Part shown: positions 39,691 to 48,459 of the stretch, in pieces
Layout of the letters: each line of letters begins with the position of its first letter
How positions within the stretch are numbered: position 1 is the stretch's first letter
Assembly (NCBI GenBank): GCA_964498785.1
Contig: CAZCJL010000020.1
Span: 4,946 to 68,945 of the forward strand
Direction: 5' to 3'
From: an uncultured Cytophagia bacterium
Lineage (GTDB): Bacteria; Zhuqueibacterota; Zhuqueibacteria; Thermofontimicrobiales; Thiofontviventaceae
Length of the DNA: 64,000 nt
Program-made: the position numbers and the translations under genes
The notes under the pieces: generated by a model
What the model was told of the DNA's origin: nothing
Seen by the model: only the letters and a program-made list of their open reading frames with translations
Database searches by the model: none

Positions 39691-40944
39691 TTATCGATCA
39701 CATTCACCGCCAACCATATTGACGGAGCCAAAAATGGGAATAATATCAGCTAATTGATGGCCGATAATAATTTTGTCCAATGTTCCCATAATAAGAAAAC
39801 TGGGACCTCTTACATGCAGACGATATGCAGTGCCGCTTCCGTCCGAGACCAGAAAAAATCCTAATTCACCGTTAGCGCTTTCAACTGCATGATAAACCGT
39901 ACCTTTTGGAACGTTTGGTCCCTCGATAATTATTTTAAAATGGTTTATTAGTCCTTCAATTGAATCATAAACCGCGGCTTTCTCCGGAAGATGCGCTTGA
40001 TAGTCATCAGAATTAATCGGGCCATCGGGAATCTTTTCGATACATTGCATACAAATTTTAAAAGATTCTTCGATTTCTCGCATCCTCACATAATAACGGT
40101 CGTAATTATCACCATACTTGCCGGTTGGTACGTCCCACTCGATTTCATCATATTTAAGGTATGGCATTTTTTTACGAATATCATAATCAGAACCTGTAGA
40201 CCTTAAAAACGGGCCTGTAATTCCGGCATTAATTGCATCTTCTTTTGAAATTTCCCCGACGCCATATAGACGGTCTAAGAATATACGGTTTTTATCCAAT
40301 AAACCATGAATATCTTTTAAAAGAGGGATATTGGATAATAAAATTTCTTTCATTTTTTTCAGCCATCCTTCAGGAATATCTCTGGCTAAACCACCGACTC
40401 GCGCGTAGCTATAGGTTTGGCGGGCGCCAGTTGCCCAGTTGAAATGTTCCCAAATATAATCACGGGCCTGCATAAAATATAAAAACGGCGTCATTGCTCC
40501 TAATTCACTACATAACGCTGCCTGGCAGGTATAATGGTCCGTAATTCGGGAAAGCTCAGAAAACAATGTACGAAGCCATGCACATCGTTGCGTAATTTCG
40601 ATGTTAAGCATTTTTTCGATCGTGCCAATATAGCCAAAATTATTAATAAAGGCAGATACATAATTTAAACGGTCAGTATATGGAAGTGCTGTAACGTAAT
40701 TATGATTCTCCATCATTTTTTCGAAACCGCGATGCAGAAAACCAGGTTCAACATCGATGTTGACGATAGTCTCGCCGACTAATTCTGCTACCATTTTAAT
40801 CGTACCATGCATTGCCGGATGGGATGGCCCGATATTAACTTTGATTGGTTGGTCGTGAGGGCTTGTTATTGGTAATTCGAGTAATTCTTTTCTCTTTTTT
40901 ACTTCTTCAACTTTATATTTTGCTGGAAAATCAGCTTGTGCCAT
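39691..40944 (-). CDS. nuoD: NADH-quinone oxidoreductase subunit D
   Basis: NIGPSHPAMHG, GFLHRGFEK, DRLNY and terminal GECDR. Confidence 0.96.
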   Translation of the reverse strand: MAQADFPAKYKVEEVKKRKELLELPITSPHDQPIKVNIGPSHPAMHGTIKMVAELVGETIVNIDVEPGFLHRGFEKMMENHNYVTALPYTDRLNYVSAFINNFGYIGTIEKMLNIEITQRCAWLRTLFSELSRITDHYTCQAALCSELGAMTPFLYFMQARDYIWEHFNWATGARQTYSYARVGGLARDIPEGWLKKMKEILLSNIPLLKDIHGLLDKNRIFLDRLYGVGEISKEDAINAGITGPFLRSTGSDYDIRKKMPYLKYDEIEWDVPTGKYGDNYDRYYVRMREIEESFKICMQCIEKIPDGPINSDDYQAHLPEKAAVYDSIEGLINHFKIIIEGPNVPKGTVYHAVESANGELGFFLVSDGSGTAYRLHVRGPSFLIMGTLDKIIIGHQLADIIPIFGSVNMVGGECDR

Positions 40945-41494
40945 TATTTTGCTCCGGATTTCGTAATGTAATTCTTGGTTGTTCTCCCATCGTCGGAAAG
41001 TCCTTTCTCAATGGGAAACCTTCAAATTCTTCATAAAGGAGAACTCTTCGTAAATCAGGATGTCCGTTAAACTTGATTCCAAACATATCAAAAACTTCTC
41101 TTTCTAAAAAATGTGCTGCACTCCACCATTTATAACAGCTTAAGAGTTCGGGTTCTTCGCCACCACAACTGGTGATAATTCGGATTCGCTTATTTGTTGT
41201 CATTGAATAAAAATGATAGACAACATCAAATCGCGATTCAGAGTATAAATCTTCCTCACGGCCGGTTAGATTTGGTTTTTCGGCGTAATTGCTCGTAAGA
41301 TAATCCACGGTGGTTAGATCAGTCAACATTTCCATTGGAAATTTTTTATGATTTTTTAGAAAGTTGAACAGATTTTCAAGCTCGGCGGGCGGAATACGAA
41401 CAGTTCCTTGAGAGAATTGTTCCTCATAAACAGCCATCTTAAATGATTCAAATAAGTCTTTCAAATCATCCTTAAGTAACCAATATTTTTGCAT
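40931..41494 (-). CDS. nuoC: NADH-quinone oxidoreductase subunit C
   Basis: EREVFDMFGIKFNGHPDLRR and PLRKDFP. Confidence 0.95.
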   Translation of the reverse strand: MQKYWLLKDDLKDLFESFKMAVYEEQFSQGTVRIPPAELENLFNFLKNHKKFPMEMLTDLTTVDYLTSNYAEKPNLTGREEDLYSESRFDVVYHFYSMTTNKRIRIITSCGGEEPELLSCYKWWSAAHFLEREVFDMFGIKFNGHPDLRRVLLYEEFEGFPLRKDFPTMGEQPRITLRNPEQNNGTS

Positions 41495-41511
41495 GAACTC
41501 AACCTGCTTTT

Positions 41512-41979
41512 TTATAGATATTGCCTGGAATTACGAATTTTGTCTTGCAAAGCCATGATACCATCCAGGATCATTTCGGGACGCGGAGGACATCCTGGAA
41601 TATAGACGTCTACCGGAATAATACGATCGCATCCCTGTACTGTTGCATAGTTCCGATAAAAACCGCCGCTTACAGCGCAGGCGCCAACGGCTACAACATA
41701 TTTGGGGTCTGCCATTTGTTCCCAAATTCGGCGTAATACCGGACCCTGTTTATGGGTGATTGTTCCGACCACCATCAGCATGTCTGATTGCCTCGGAGAG
41801 TATCTGGGCATTGCAGCGCCAAATCTGTCAGTATCATAATGCGAAGCGCTTACAGACATAAATTCCATCGCGCAGCATGCCGTTCCAAAAACATATTGCC
41901 AAAGAGAATAGCTTCGGGCCCAACCAATAAATTTATCCAGTCTTGTGGTAACGACATTGTCGGGAAGTTTATCCACCAT
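41512..41979 (-). CDS. nuoB: NADH-quinone oxidoreductase subunit B
   Basis: GTACCAME, SPRQSD and VDVYIPGCPPRPE. Confidence 0.96.
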   Translation of the reverse strand: MVDKLPDNVVTTRLDKFIGWARSYSLWQYVFGTACCAMEFMSVSASHYDTDRFGAAMPRYSPRQSDMLMVVGTITHKQGPVLRRIWEQMADPKYVVAVGACAVSGGFYRNYATVQGCDRIIPVDVYIPGCPPRPEMILDGIMALQDKIRNSRQYL

Positions 41980-41985
41980 TAAATT

Positions 41986-42354
41986 CTACCTCCAATCCAA
42001 TGCTTTTCGTTTATATGCATAAAAAAATGCAATCACCAGAAAAAAAAGGAAAATAGAAATCTCAATAATTGCAATACTACCTAATGAGCGCGCAACAACA
42101 GCCCAGGGATACAATAAAATTCCCTCCAAATCGAATAACACAAACAGCAGTGCAATCAGATAATAACGGATGCTAACTCGGCGAGTGTTATCTTGTAGAA
42201 GATCGGAACCACATTCAAAAGGAGTTGCTTTGGAAGGAAAATCTTTACGGTGTTTTGCTTTTGGGCCAAAAATCGCATTTAAGATAAGAATTAGTGCGAC
42301 AGTACTTGCGGCAATTAAAATATACAACAATACAGGCAGATACTGGTCTGTCAT
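41986..42354 (-). CDS. nuoA: NADH-quinone oxidoreductase subunit A
   Basis: PFECG and YYLIALLFVLFDLE..LYPWA. Confidence 0.95.
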   Translation of the reverse strand: MTDQYLPVLLYILIAASTVALILILNAIFGPKAKHRKDFPSKATPFECGSDLLQDNTRRVSIRYYLIALLFVLFDLEGILLYPWAVVARSLGSIAIIEISIFLFFLVIAFFYAYKRKALDWR

Positions 42355-42476
42355 GTAGTAAATCTCCTGATATATAGATGTATGATAAATTTCTTTTCAT
42401 GCAGGTTGCAATGAAGTTGATCATTTTGATGAAACATAAAGAAAGGATTTATACTCCAATTAAAAGTGGAGTTCAT
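42351..42476 (-). CDS. Possible 41-aa leader ORF coupled to nuoA (MNSTFNWSINPFFMFHQNDQLHCNLHEKKFIIHLYIRRFTT)
   Basis: GAGGA 8 nt upstream of the ATG. Stop TGA overlaps the nuoA ATG (ATGA). No recognisable homology. Confidence 0.3.
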   Translation of the reverse strand: MNSTFNWSINPFFMFHQNDQLHCNLHEKKFIIHLYIRRFTT

Positions 42477-42575
42477 GTAATAATTCCTCGATTAGCTTAC
42501 AAAATTTTACTAAACGGCATTCGTTTATAATTAAATTTTGTTAACACAAGTGAACTAATAAAATCATGAGGTAAA

Positions 42576-42604
42576 AATATACGAAAAAAAAATTTGCATG
42601 TCAA
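42576..42604 (-). promoter_or_regulatory. Sigma70-type promoter of the nuo operon
   Basis: Minus strand TTGACA (42604-42599), 17 bp, TATATT (42581-42576). Confidence 0.6.
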
Positions 42605-42698
42605 GAACTTTTTGCCCATTTTAGATAATCTGATGATGAAATTTAATTTTGGGGATGGAGTCTGATGTAAGCATGTGGATAATAATTTTAAATTATGC

Positions 42699-42730
42699 AT
42701 CGGACGATTCAATATAATGAATCGCCCGAT
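42699..42730 (-). terminator. Hairpin after the Gfo/Idh/MocA gene, probable terminator
   Basis: ATCGGACGATTCA-atataa-TGAATCGCCCGAT, a 13-bp stem with one G-U on the minus strand, just after the stop at 42743. Confidence 0.6.
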
Positions 42731-42742
42731 AATTTTTAATGT

Positions 42743-43903
42743 CTATGTTTTCAACCATGTTGATCCCTTTTGGGCAGATTCGGCAGCTTTATTCGTGAAA
42801 CGAACTCCCCGTAGGCCATCATATACAGTGGGAAATTCGTATTCCACTGTCTGTAAAGGAGTGCCGTTAATATAACTTCGGATTGCGTTCACAACACCCA
42901 CATAAATATTTGCAAACGCTTCAAGGTAACCTTCCGGATGTCCTGTGGGAATGCGGGTTGCATTTGCTGCGGCTTCTGAAAGATACTCACTGGCGCGGGT
43001 CAAAATTTCCCGCGGCTGATTGTAGCGATAGACATGCAGATAATTCGGATTTTCCTGCTCCCATATTATAGCGCCTTTTGACGCATAAACCTTTATTCGC
43101 AGGTTATTTTCTTCCCCGGTCGCGATCTGGCTGACTGTGATCAAACCTTTACCTCCGCCTTTTAATCGAATCAACACATTCGCATCTTCATCCAAGGTGC
43201 GATCCGGCAGAAATGTTGAAAAATCAGCACATAATTCACTAATTTCTTCGCCGGTAATGTATTCCAATAAATTCTCTGCATGTGTGCCGCAATCCCCAAT
43301 CGTTCCGACAAGCCCCGATTGTTTCGGATCAACGCGCCAAGCTGCCTGTTTGTGTCCCTCTTTTTCATGCGGATACATCATAAAATCCTGCAAGTATTGA
43401 ACAATAACCTTACGAACGTCTCCCATTTGACCAGTGCGGAACAGATTTCTGGCATGACGTACTAATGGATGACCGGTATAGTTATGCGTGAGCGCAAATA
43501 CCAGTCCTGTCTTTTTAACTAACGAGGCGAGTTGTTCAGCTTCGTCAATCGTACACGTCATGGGTTTATCACAAACAACATGGATACCAGCTTCTAAAAA
43601 TGCTTTGCAAATCGAAAAGTGAGATGCATTCGGAGTCACGATAGACACAAAATCGATTCGTTCATCGTCCGGCAATTTTGATTCATTTTCCGCCATTTCT
43701 TCAAAAGTTGCATAGCAACGTTTTAGATCGAGATACAGTTCTTTCCCTGTGATTTTTGTATTTTCAAAATCACGGGAAAAGCAACCAGCAACAAATTCGA
43801 TTTGCTGGTCCAGAGCTGCGGCCATGCGATGCACAGCGCCAATAAACGCGTCCTGTCCCCCGCCAACCATTCCCATGCGAAGCTTGCGTTTCCATGATTT
43901 CAT
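42743..43903 (-). CDS. Gfo/Idh/MocA-family oxidoreductase
   Basis: LRMGMVGGG..AFIGAVHR, IVTPNASH, VVCDKP and GHPEGYLEAFAN. Confidence 0.9.
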   Translation of the reverse strand: MKSWKRKLRMGMVGGGQDAFIGAVHRMAAALDQQIEFVAGCFSRDFENTKITGKELYLDLKRCYATFEEMAENESKLPDDERIDFVSIVTPNASHFSICKAFLEAGIHVVCDKPMTCTIDEAEQLASLVKKTGLVFALTHNYTGHPLVRHARNLFRTGQMGDVRKVIVQYLQDFMMYPHEKEGHKQAAWRVDPKQSGLVGTIGDCGTHAENLLEYITGEEISELCADFSTFLPDRTLDEDANVLIRLKGGGKGLITVSQIATGEENNLRIKVYASKGAIIWEQENPNYLHVYRYNQPREILTRASEYLSEAAANATRIPTGHPEGYLEAFANIYVGVVNAIRSYINGTPLQTVEYEFPTVYDGLRGVRFTNKAAESAQKGSTWLKT

Positions 43904-43922
43904 AAATATGCTCCTGTTAGTT

Positions 43923-44972
43923 TCATTGTAATCCTAAAATTATCTTATTTGTTTCTATATCCGTATCACCACCGGCAAAATCGTCAAATGCCACTTCTGT
44001 GGTTTCAATAATATGCTCCCGAATAAAAGATGCAGCCTCTCTGGCGCCCTGCTCCGGGCTTTTGATACAACATTCCCATTCCAGCACGCCCCAGCCGTCA
44101 TATCCGGCTTCAGTAAGCAAAGAAAAAACTCGTTTAAAATCAACCTGACCGTCTCCCAGCGAGCGAAAACGCCCGGCACGGTTTATCCAGGATTGATAAC
44201 CGCCGTATACACCAACTCTGCCGGTTGGATGGAATTCAGCATCTTTCACATGAAATGATTTTATGCGGCCCCCATAGAGTTCAATAAATTGCAGATAATC
44301 GAGTTGTTGAAGTACGAAATGACTCGGATCATACGTAAGACATGCTGCCGGATGATTATCTGCGGCATCTAAAAACATCTCAAAAGTGGCGCCATCGAAT
44401 AGATCTGATCCCGGATGCAATTCATACGAAATGTAAATTCCTTTGTCCTGTGCCATATCGAGAACAGGTTTCCAGCGTTTCGCCATCTCCTGAAATGCCA
44501 TCCCGATCAATCCATCGGGACGTTGGGGCCAGGGATATACCATGTGCCAGGCTAATCCGCCAGACAGAACAGGAACGCTGTTCAATCCCATATTTGCAGA
44601 AGCAGTTATCGCCATTTTTATCTGATCTTCTGCCCATTGTGTGCGTTCGCTATCACTCTGTCCGTTGGGATGAAATCCCTGAAAAGCAACCGCGTACACC
44701 GGATGAACAACTAACATCTGTCCTTGTAAATGGGCAGAAAGTTCTGCAACTTCCAATCCTATTTCCTTTAGCTTTCCAAGAATATCATCACAATATCCTT
44801 TTGATTCTGCTGCTTTTTCCAAATCAATGACACGGCTCTCCCATGTAGGTATTTGAACACCTTTAAAACCTAAATCAGACGCCCATTTTCCGATATTTTC
44901 CAGATTATTATATGGTTCTTCATCTCTTAAGAATTGAGCCAGAAAAATTCCAGGCCCTTTCATTTTTTTCAT
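43923..44972 (-). CDS. Sugar phosphate isomerase/epimerase (AP endonuclease 2 TIM barrel)
   Basis: Start refined to ATG 44972 (GGGAGG RBS). KGPGIFLAQF, YELHPG, YDPSH, FHVKDAEF, FRSLGDG and VLEWE metal motifs. Confidence 0.85.
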   Translation of the reverse strand: MKKMKGPGIFLAQFLRDEEPYNNLENIGKWASDLGFKGVQIPTWESRVIDLEKAAESKGYCDDILGKLKEIGLEVAELSAHLQGQMLVVHPVYAVAFQGFHPNGQSDSERTQWAEDQIKMAITASANMGLNSVPVLSGGLAWHMVYPWPQRPDGLIGMAFQEMAKRWKPVLDMAQDKGIYISYELHPGSDLFDGATFEMFLDAADNHPAACLTYDPSHFVLQQLDYLQFIELYGGRIKSFHVKDAEFHPTGRVGVYGGYQSWINRAGRFRSLGDGQVDFKRVFSLLTEAGYDGWGVLEWECCIKSPEQGAREAASFIREHIIETTEVAFDDFAGGDTDIETNKIILGLQ

Positions 44973-45063
44973 GTAGCACCCTCCCCAATGATATTTAGTT
45001 AAATTCAATATATTAAAAGTGCATGAACATGCTCTTAAAGGATAACACGCCGGAGTTACACCA

Positions 45064-46053
45064 TCACGCTTCCCGAATACATTCTCTGATTAATCGCGAC
45101 ATCGCCGGTCCTTCGGTTCCGGTAGCGCGCAATTCCCTGGCTCCTTTCTCGTTCATTAATTTAACAACATTTTGCGCCAAACGCAAGTTTTCAACCGACA
45201 ATTTCATGAAATCAAGCGGATCATCGCGGTACGGGAACAAGTCAAGTCCGTACCAACCATCATAGTTCATTTGATCGAGCATGTAGACAATACTGACCAG
45301 TCGGATAAAATTCGCTGATCCGGGCGGTATGTCGGCATCCGCTTGCTGGTCATTATCATCAAAATGGGTATGAAATAACTTGTTGTAACGAAGCACGAGT
45401 GCAATTTGGTCTTCAACATTTTCGCGGGCAATCAGGCTATGACCGATATCAAGATTGATTCCGAAGTTCGGATCATCTACTTCATTGACAATTGCCAGTG
45501 CCTGCCCGGTGGTCCCCATCATAATCCACGAACGCGGTTCAAAGGGCTTGGGTTCGATGCAGACTTTGGTTTGATATTTATTTGCGTGTAAATAATCCAA
45601 AATCTGATGCACCGAATCAACGTAACGATCGTAAAGCGCGACATAATCTGTTTGTAACGGAAAATCCATTCCATCTGTTGCAGGCCACAAAACGCTGATC
45701 GGGACATTGAACCGGGCTCCCAATTCCAACGCCCATTTCACGCGGTCAATCGCCTGTGATCGAACTTTGGGATCAGAATCGCCCAGCGCACCGAATTTAT
45801 ACTGTTTTTCAGTCCACGTATGACCGCACAGTTGCACCATTTGCAGATTATAATCCTTTAAAACTTTTTCGATTTCATTTGCATTTTTATCATTGATTTC
45901 AGTGGGAACGTGCAATTCAATGCCATCAATGTCCTCGGTCTCCCCCACTGCTTTGATGCGGTCGATCACCGAAACTTCTTCTCCGAATCCATTCACATTG
46001 AAACGATCACGGAGATTGGTCATACCCCAAATCCCCATACAAATTTTATTCAT
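45064..46053 (-). CDS. Xylose-isomerase-like sugar isomerase
   Basis: Start refined to ATG 46053 (GGAGG RBS). LWPATDG, IEPKPFEPR, NLDIGH, HTHFDDN..DAD and GLDLFPYR. Confidence 0.8.
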   Translation of the reverse strand: MNKICMGIWGMTNLRDRFNVNGFGEEVSVIDRIKAVGETEDIDGIELHVPTEINDKNANEIEKVLKDYNLQMVQLCGHTWTEKQYKFGALGDSDPKVRSQAIDRVKWALELGARFNVPISVLWPATDGMDFPLQTDYVALYDRYVDSVHQILDYLHANKYQTKVCIEPKPFEPRSWIMMGTTGQALAIVNEVDDPNFGINLDIGHSLIARENVEDQIALVLRYNKLFHTHFDDNDQQADADIPPGSANFIRLVSIVYMLDQMNYDGWYGLDLFPYRDDPLDFMKLSVENLRLAQNVVKLMNEKGARELRATGTEGPAMSRLIRECIREA

Positions 46054-46072
46054 AACAGCCTCCATGAAAAAG

Positions 46073-47017
46073 TTATGTGATTGCAAATTTTTCCAATTCC
46101 GGGAAAATAACACGCTCCTGCTTTTTATTCATAAATTCGTTCATTTCCTGTTGCTGTATCGGAGCAGTGGCGCCGGCTTTTGAAGCAGTCAGCGCACCAA
46201 GTATATTCCCAAAATTACATGCTTCAGTTAATGGCTTTTCACGTAAAATTTTATACACAAATCCGGCAGAAAATGCATCACCGGCGCCGAGAGAATCCAC
46301 TAATTTTATTTTATAGCCCACGGCATAAACACGTTCTCCAAATTCAGACATGGCAAACGCGCCTTTCTCTGCGCATGTTACAAGACAATATTTTAGCGCC
46401 CATTTTTCAATCATTTCTTCACAAAAATGTGGAATCGAAGGATGTGGCACATTCATCAGCCCGGAAAGCTTCAATGCCTCTTCTTCATTCAATTTCAGTA
46501 CATCTGCATTCTGCAAAGAAAAAGTGATCGTTTCCGGGCTATAGCATAATTTGCGCAGATTAATATCCAGAAATTTAAGGCTGTTAACAGATTTTTCGAG
46601 AAGTTGTTTGAGAGTTTGACGTGAGGTATCAGATCGTTGCGCGAGCGTTCCGAAGCAAGTGCACTCCGCACGTTCTGCAATCTGCGCGAGGGAATCGGTC
46701 ATTTTGATATAATCATACGCGACGCCGGGATTGATGACATAATCCGGATTATGCTGTGCATCGAAACTAACATCCACCGTGCCGGTAGGAAATTCATCAT
46801 CCTGTCCCAAAAACGTCGTTTCGATGCCCAATGCTTTAACATGTTCCAGCGCCTCTTGTCCCAACCTGTCCTTTCCCAGCTTACTGACAATGATGCCTCT
46901 GTCACCAAGCGAATTGATTCGATAAGCAAAATTAAATGGCGCTCCCCCCAAAATCGAATTGTCCGGCAAAATATCCCATAAAATTTCGCCAAAAGAAAGA
47001 ATTGTCTTTTTATCCAT
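46073..47017 (-). CDS. PfkB-family carbohydrate kinase (fructokinase-like)
   Basis: FGEILWD, GGAPFNFA, FLDINLR, LKLNEEE and DSLGAGDAFSAG. Confidence 0.9.
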   Translation of the reverse strand: MDKKTILSFGEILWDILPDNSILGGAPFNFAYRINSLGDRGIIVSKLGKDRLGQEALEHVKALGIETTFLGQDDEFPTGTVDVSFDAQHNPDYVINPGVAYDYIKMTDSLAQIAERAECTCFGTLAQRSDTSRQTLKQLLEKSVNSLKFLDINLRKLCYSPETITFSLQNADVLKLNEEEALKLSGLMNVPHPSIPHFCEEMIEKWALKYCLVTCAEKGAFAMSEFGERVYAVGYKIKLVDSLGAGDAFSAGFVYKILREKPLTEACNFGNILGALTASKAGATAPIQQQEMNEFMNKKQERVIFPELEKFAIT

Positions 47018-47665
47018 TTATTTCGGTACCTTCTCCCAATCTTTAATAAATTGAGCAAGACCATTATCTGTGAGCGGATGTTGGTACATCTGGAAAAATA
47101 ATGCGTCAGGAACTGTCGCGATATCCGCGCCAACGCGCAACGAGTCCAGAACATGATTCTGTGTTTTTAAACTGGCTGCCAGTACTTCTGATTTAAATCC
47201 ATAATTTTGTTTGATGGTCACCGCATCCTGCAACAGAACAATACTTTCATTTGCCACAGCGTCCAATCGGCTAAGAACGATGCTCACAAAAGTTGCTCCG
47301 GCTTTCATTGCCAGAAAAACCTGAGTGGATGAGAAAATCATCGTCACATTCGTTTTTATGTTTAATTCATGGGACAGAACCGGCACTGCACGCAGTCCTT
47401 CAAAATTCATCGGTATCTTGATGGCGATATTTGGCGCGATCGCCGCGATTTCCTGTGCTTCTTTAATCATGCCTTCTGCATCATCAGCCATCACTTCTGC
47501 GCTTATCGGACCGGGTACAATGCTGGAAATTTCTTTCACAACATCACGAAACTTTCCGCCGGATTTTAATATATGGGTTGGATTTGTTGTCACGCCGTCA
47601 ATCAGGCCGGATCGAGCCGCTTTTTTAATCACATCAATATTTGCCGTATCCAAAAATATTTTCAT
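47018..47665 (-). CDS. Small transaldolase/fructose-6-phosphate aldolase family protein
   Basis: MKIFLDTAN, GVTTNP, ISAEV, Schiff-base IAIKIP, TNVT and HPLTD. Confidence 0.9.
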   Translation of the reverse strand: MKIFLDTANIDVIKKAARSGLIDGVTTNPTHILKSGGKFRDVVKEISSIVPGPISAEVMADDAEGMIKEAQEIAAIAPNIAIKIPMNFEGLRAVPVLSHELNIKTNVTMIFSSTQVFLAMKAGATFVSIVLSRLDAVANESIVLLQDAVTIKQNYGFKSEVLAASLKTQNHVLDSLRVGADIATVPDALFFQMYQHPLTDNGLAQFIKDWEKVPK

Positions 47666-47748
47666 TGTATTCTCCTTTTCAACTCGTGTGTCTTGTTAAA
47701 ACTTTTGTCATTATCTAAATTCTTCTTAAGCCGAATGGCTACTGTTTT

Positions 47749-48459
47749 TTATTTTGTCAGTTTGCGCAGGTTATCAACCGTCACCTGGACGTTTGGTGGA
47801 TCACCAAGCTCATTTACAACCTGATCTGATTCTGCAAAATCTTCTTTTTGTGTATACCCGTTTGTTGTTATTACGCACTGCATCCCGGCGGCTTTAGCCG
47901 CAAGCAGACCATTCCGGCTATCTTCGATGACCACGCACTCTTTCGGGTTAAGCTGTAATTTTTTCGTGGCCAGATTGTATATTTCAGGATCCGGCTTTTT
48001 CTTTGAAACGACATCTCCGGCAAAAATTTTACTGAAATGTTTTTTCCGTTCCTCGCCCAACAACTTGCTCACAATCAAATTCACAGCCCGTTCATTTGAG
48101 GTTGAACATACTGCCAAAACGAGACCTGCTTCAATCGCCTCATCCACAATTCGGGCCACACCGGGTCGCAATTGCAATTCACCGGATTCGATGATCTGCA
48201 TAAATAAATCTGTTTTCAATTTATGTAATTCTTTAATGAGCGCATCTTTATCACTTGTTCCCGGCGGCCATGTTGTTTGGTTGAAATAGTGGCGCATCCG
48301 TTCTTTTCCGCCTGCTACTTTCAAAAGATCACCATATAAATCAACACTCCATTCGACATCATATCCTTTTTTCACAAATGCCCTGTTAAAAGCAACCCGA
48401 TGGCCATCCCGCTCCGTATCCACCAGCACACCATCGCAATCAAAAATTAATGCCTTCAT
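47749..48459 (-). CDS. CbbY-like HAD-IA sugar phosphatase
   Basis: ALIFDCDGVLVDTERDGHRVAFN, GGKERM, KKPDPEIY and IEDSRNG. Confidence 0.85.
   Translation of the reverse strand: MKALIFDCDGVLVDTERDGHRVAFNRAFVKKGYDVEWSVDLYGDLLKVAGGKERMRHYFNQTTWPPGTSDKDALIKELHKLKTDLFMQIIESGELQLRPGVARIVDEAIEAGLVLAVCSTSNERAVNLIVSKLLGEERKKHFSKIFAGDVVSKKKPDPEIYNLATKKLQLNPKECVVIEDSRNGLLAAKAAGMQCVITTNGYTQKEDFAESDQVVNELGDPPNVQVTVDNLRKLTK

Noticed and set aside
42538-42558. Possible Rex operator (TTGTTAA...TGAACTA) near the nuo promoter
   Set aside because: The spacing and right half do not fit TTGTGAA-N4-TTCACAA.
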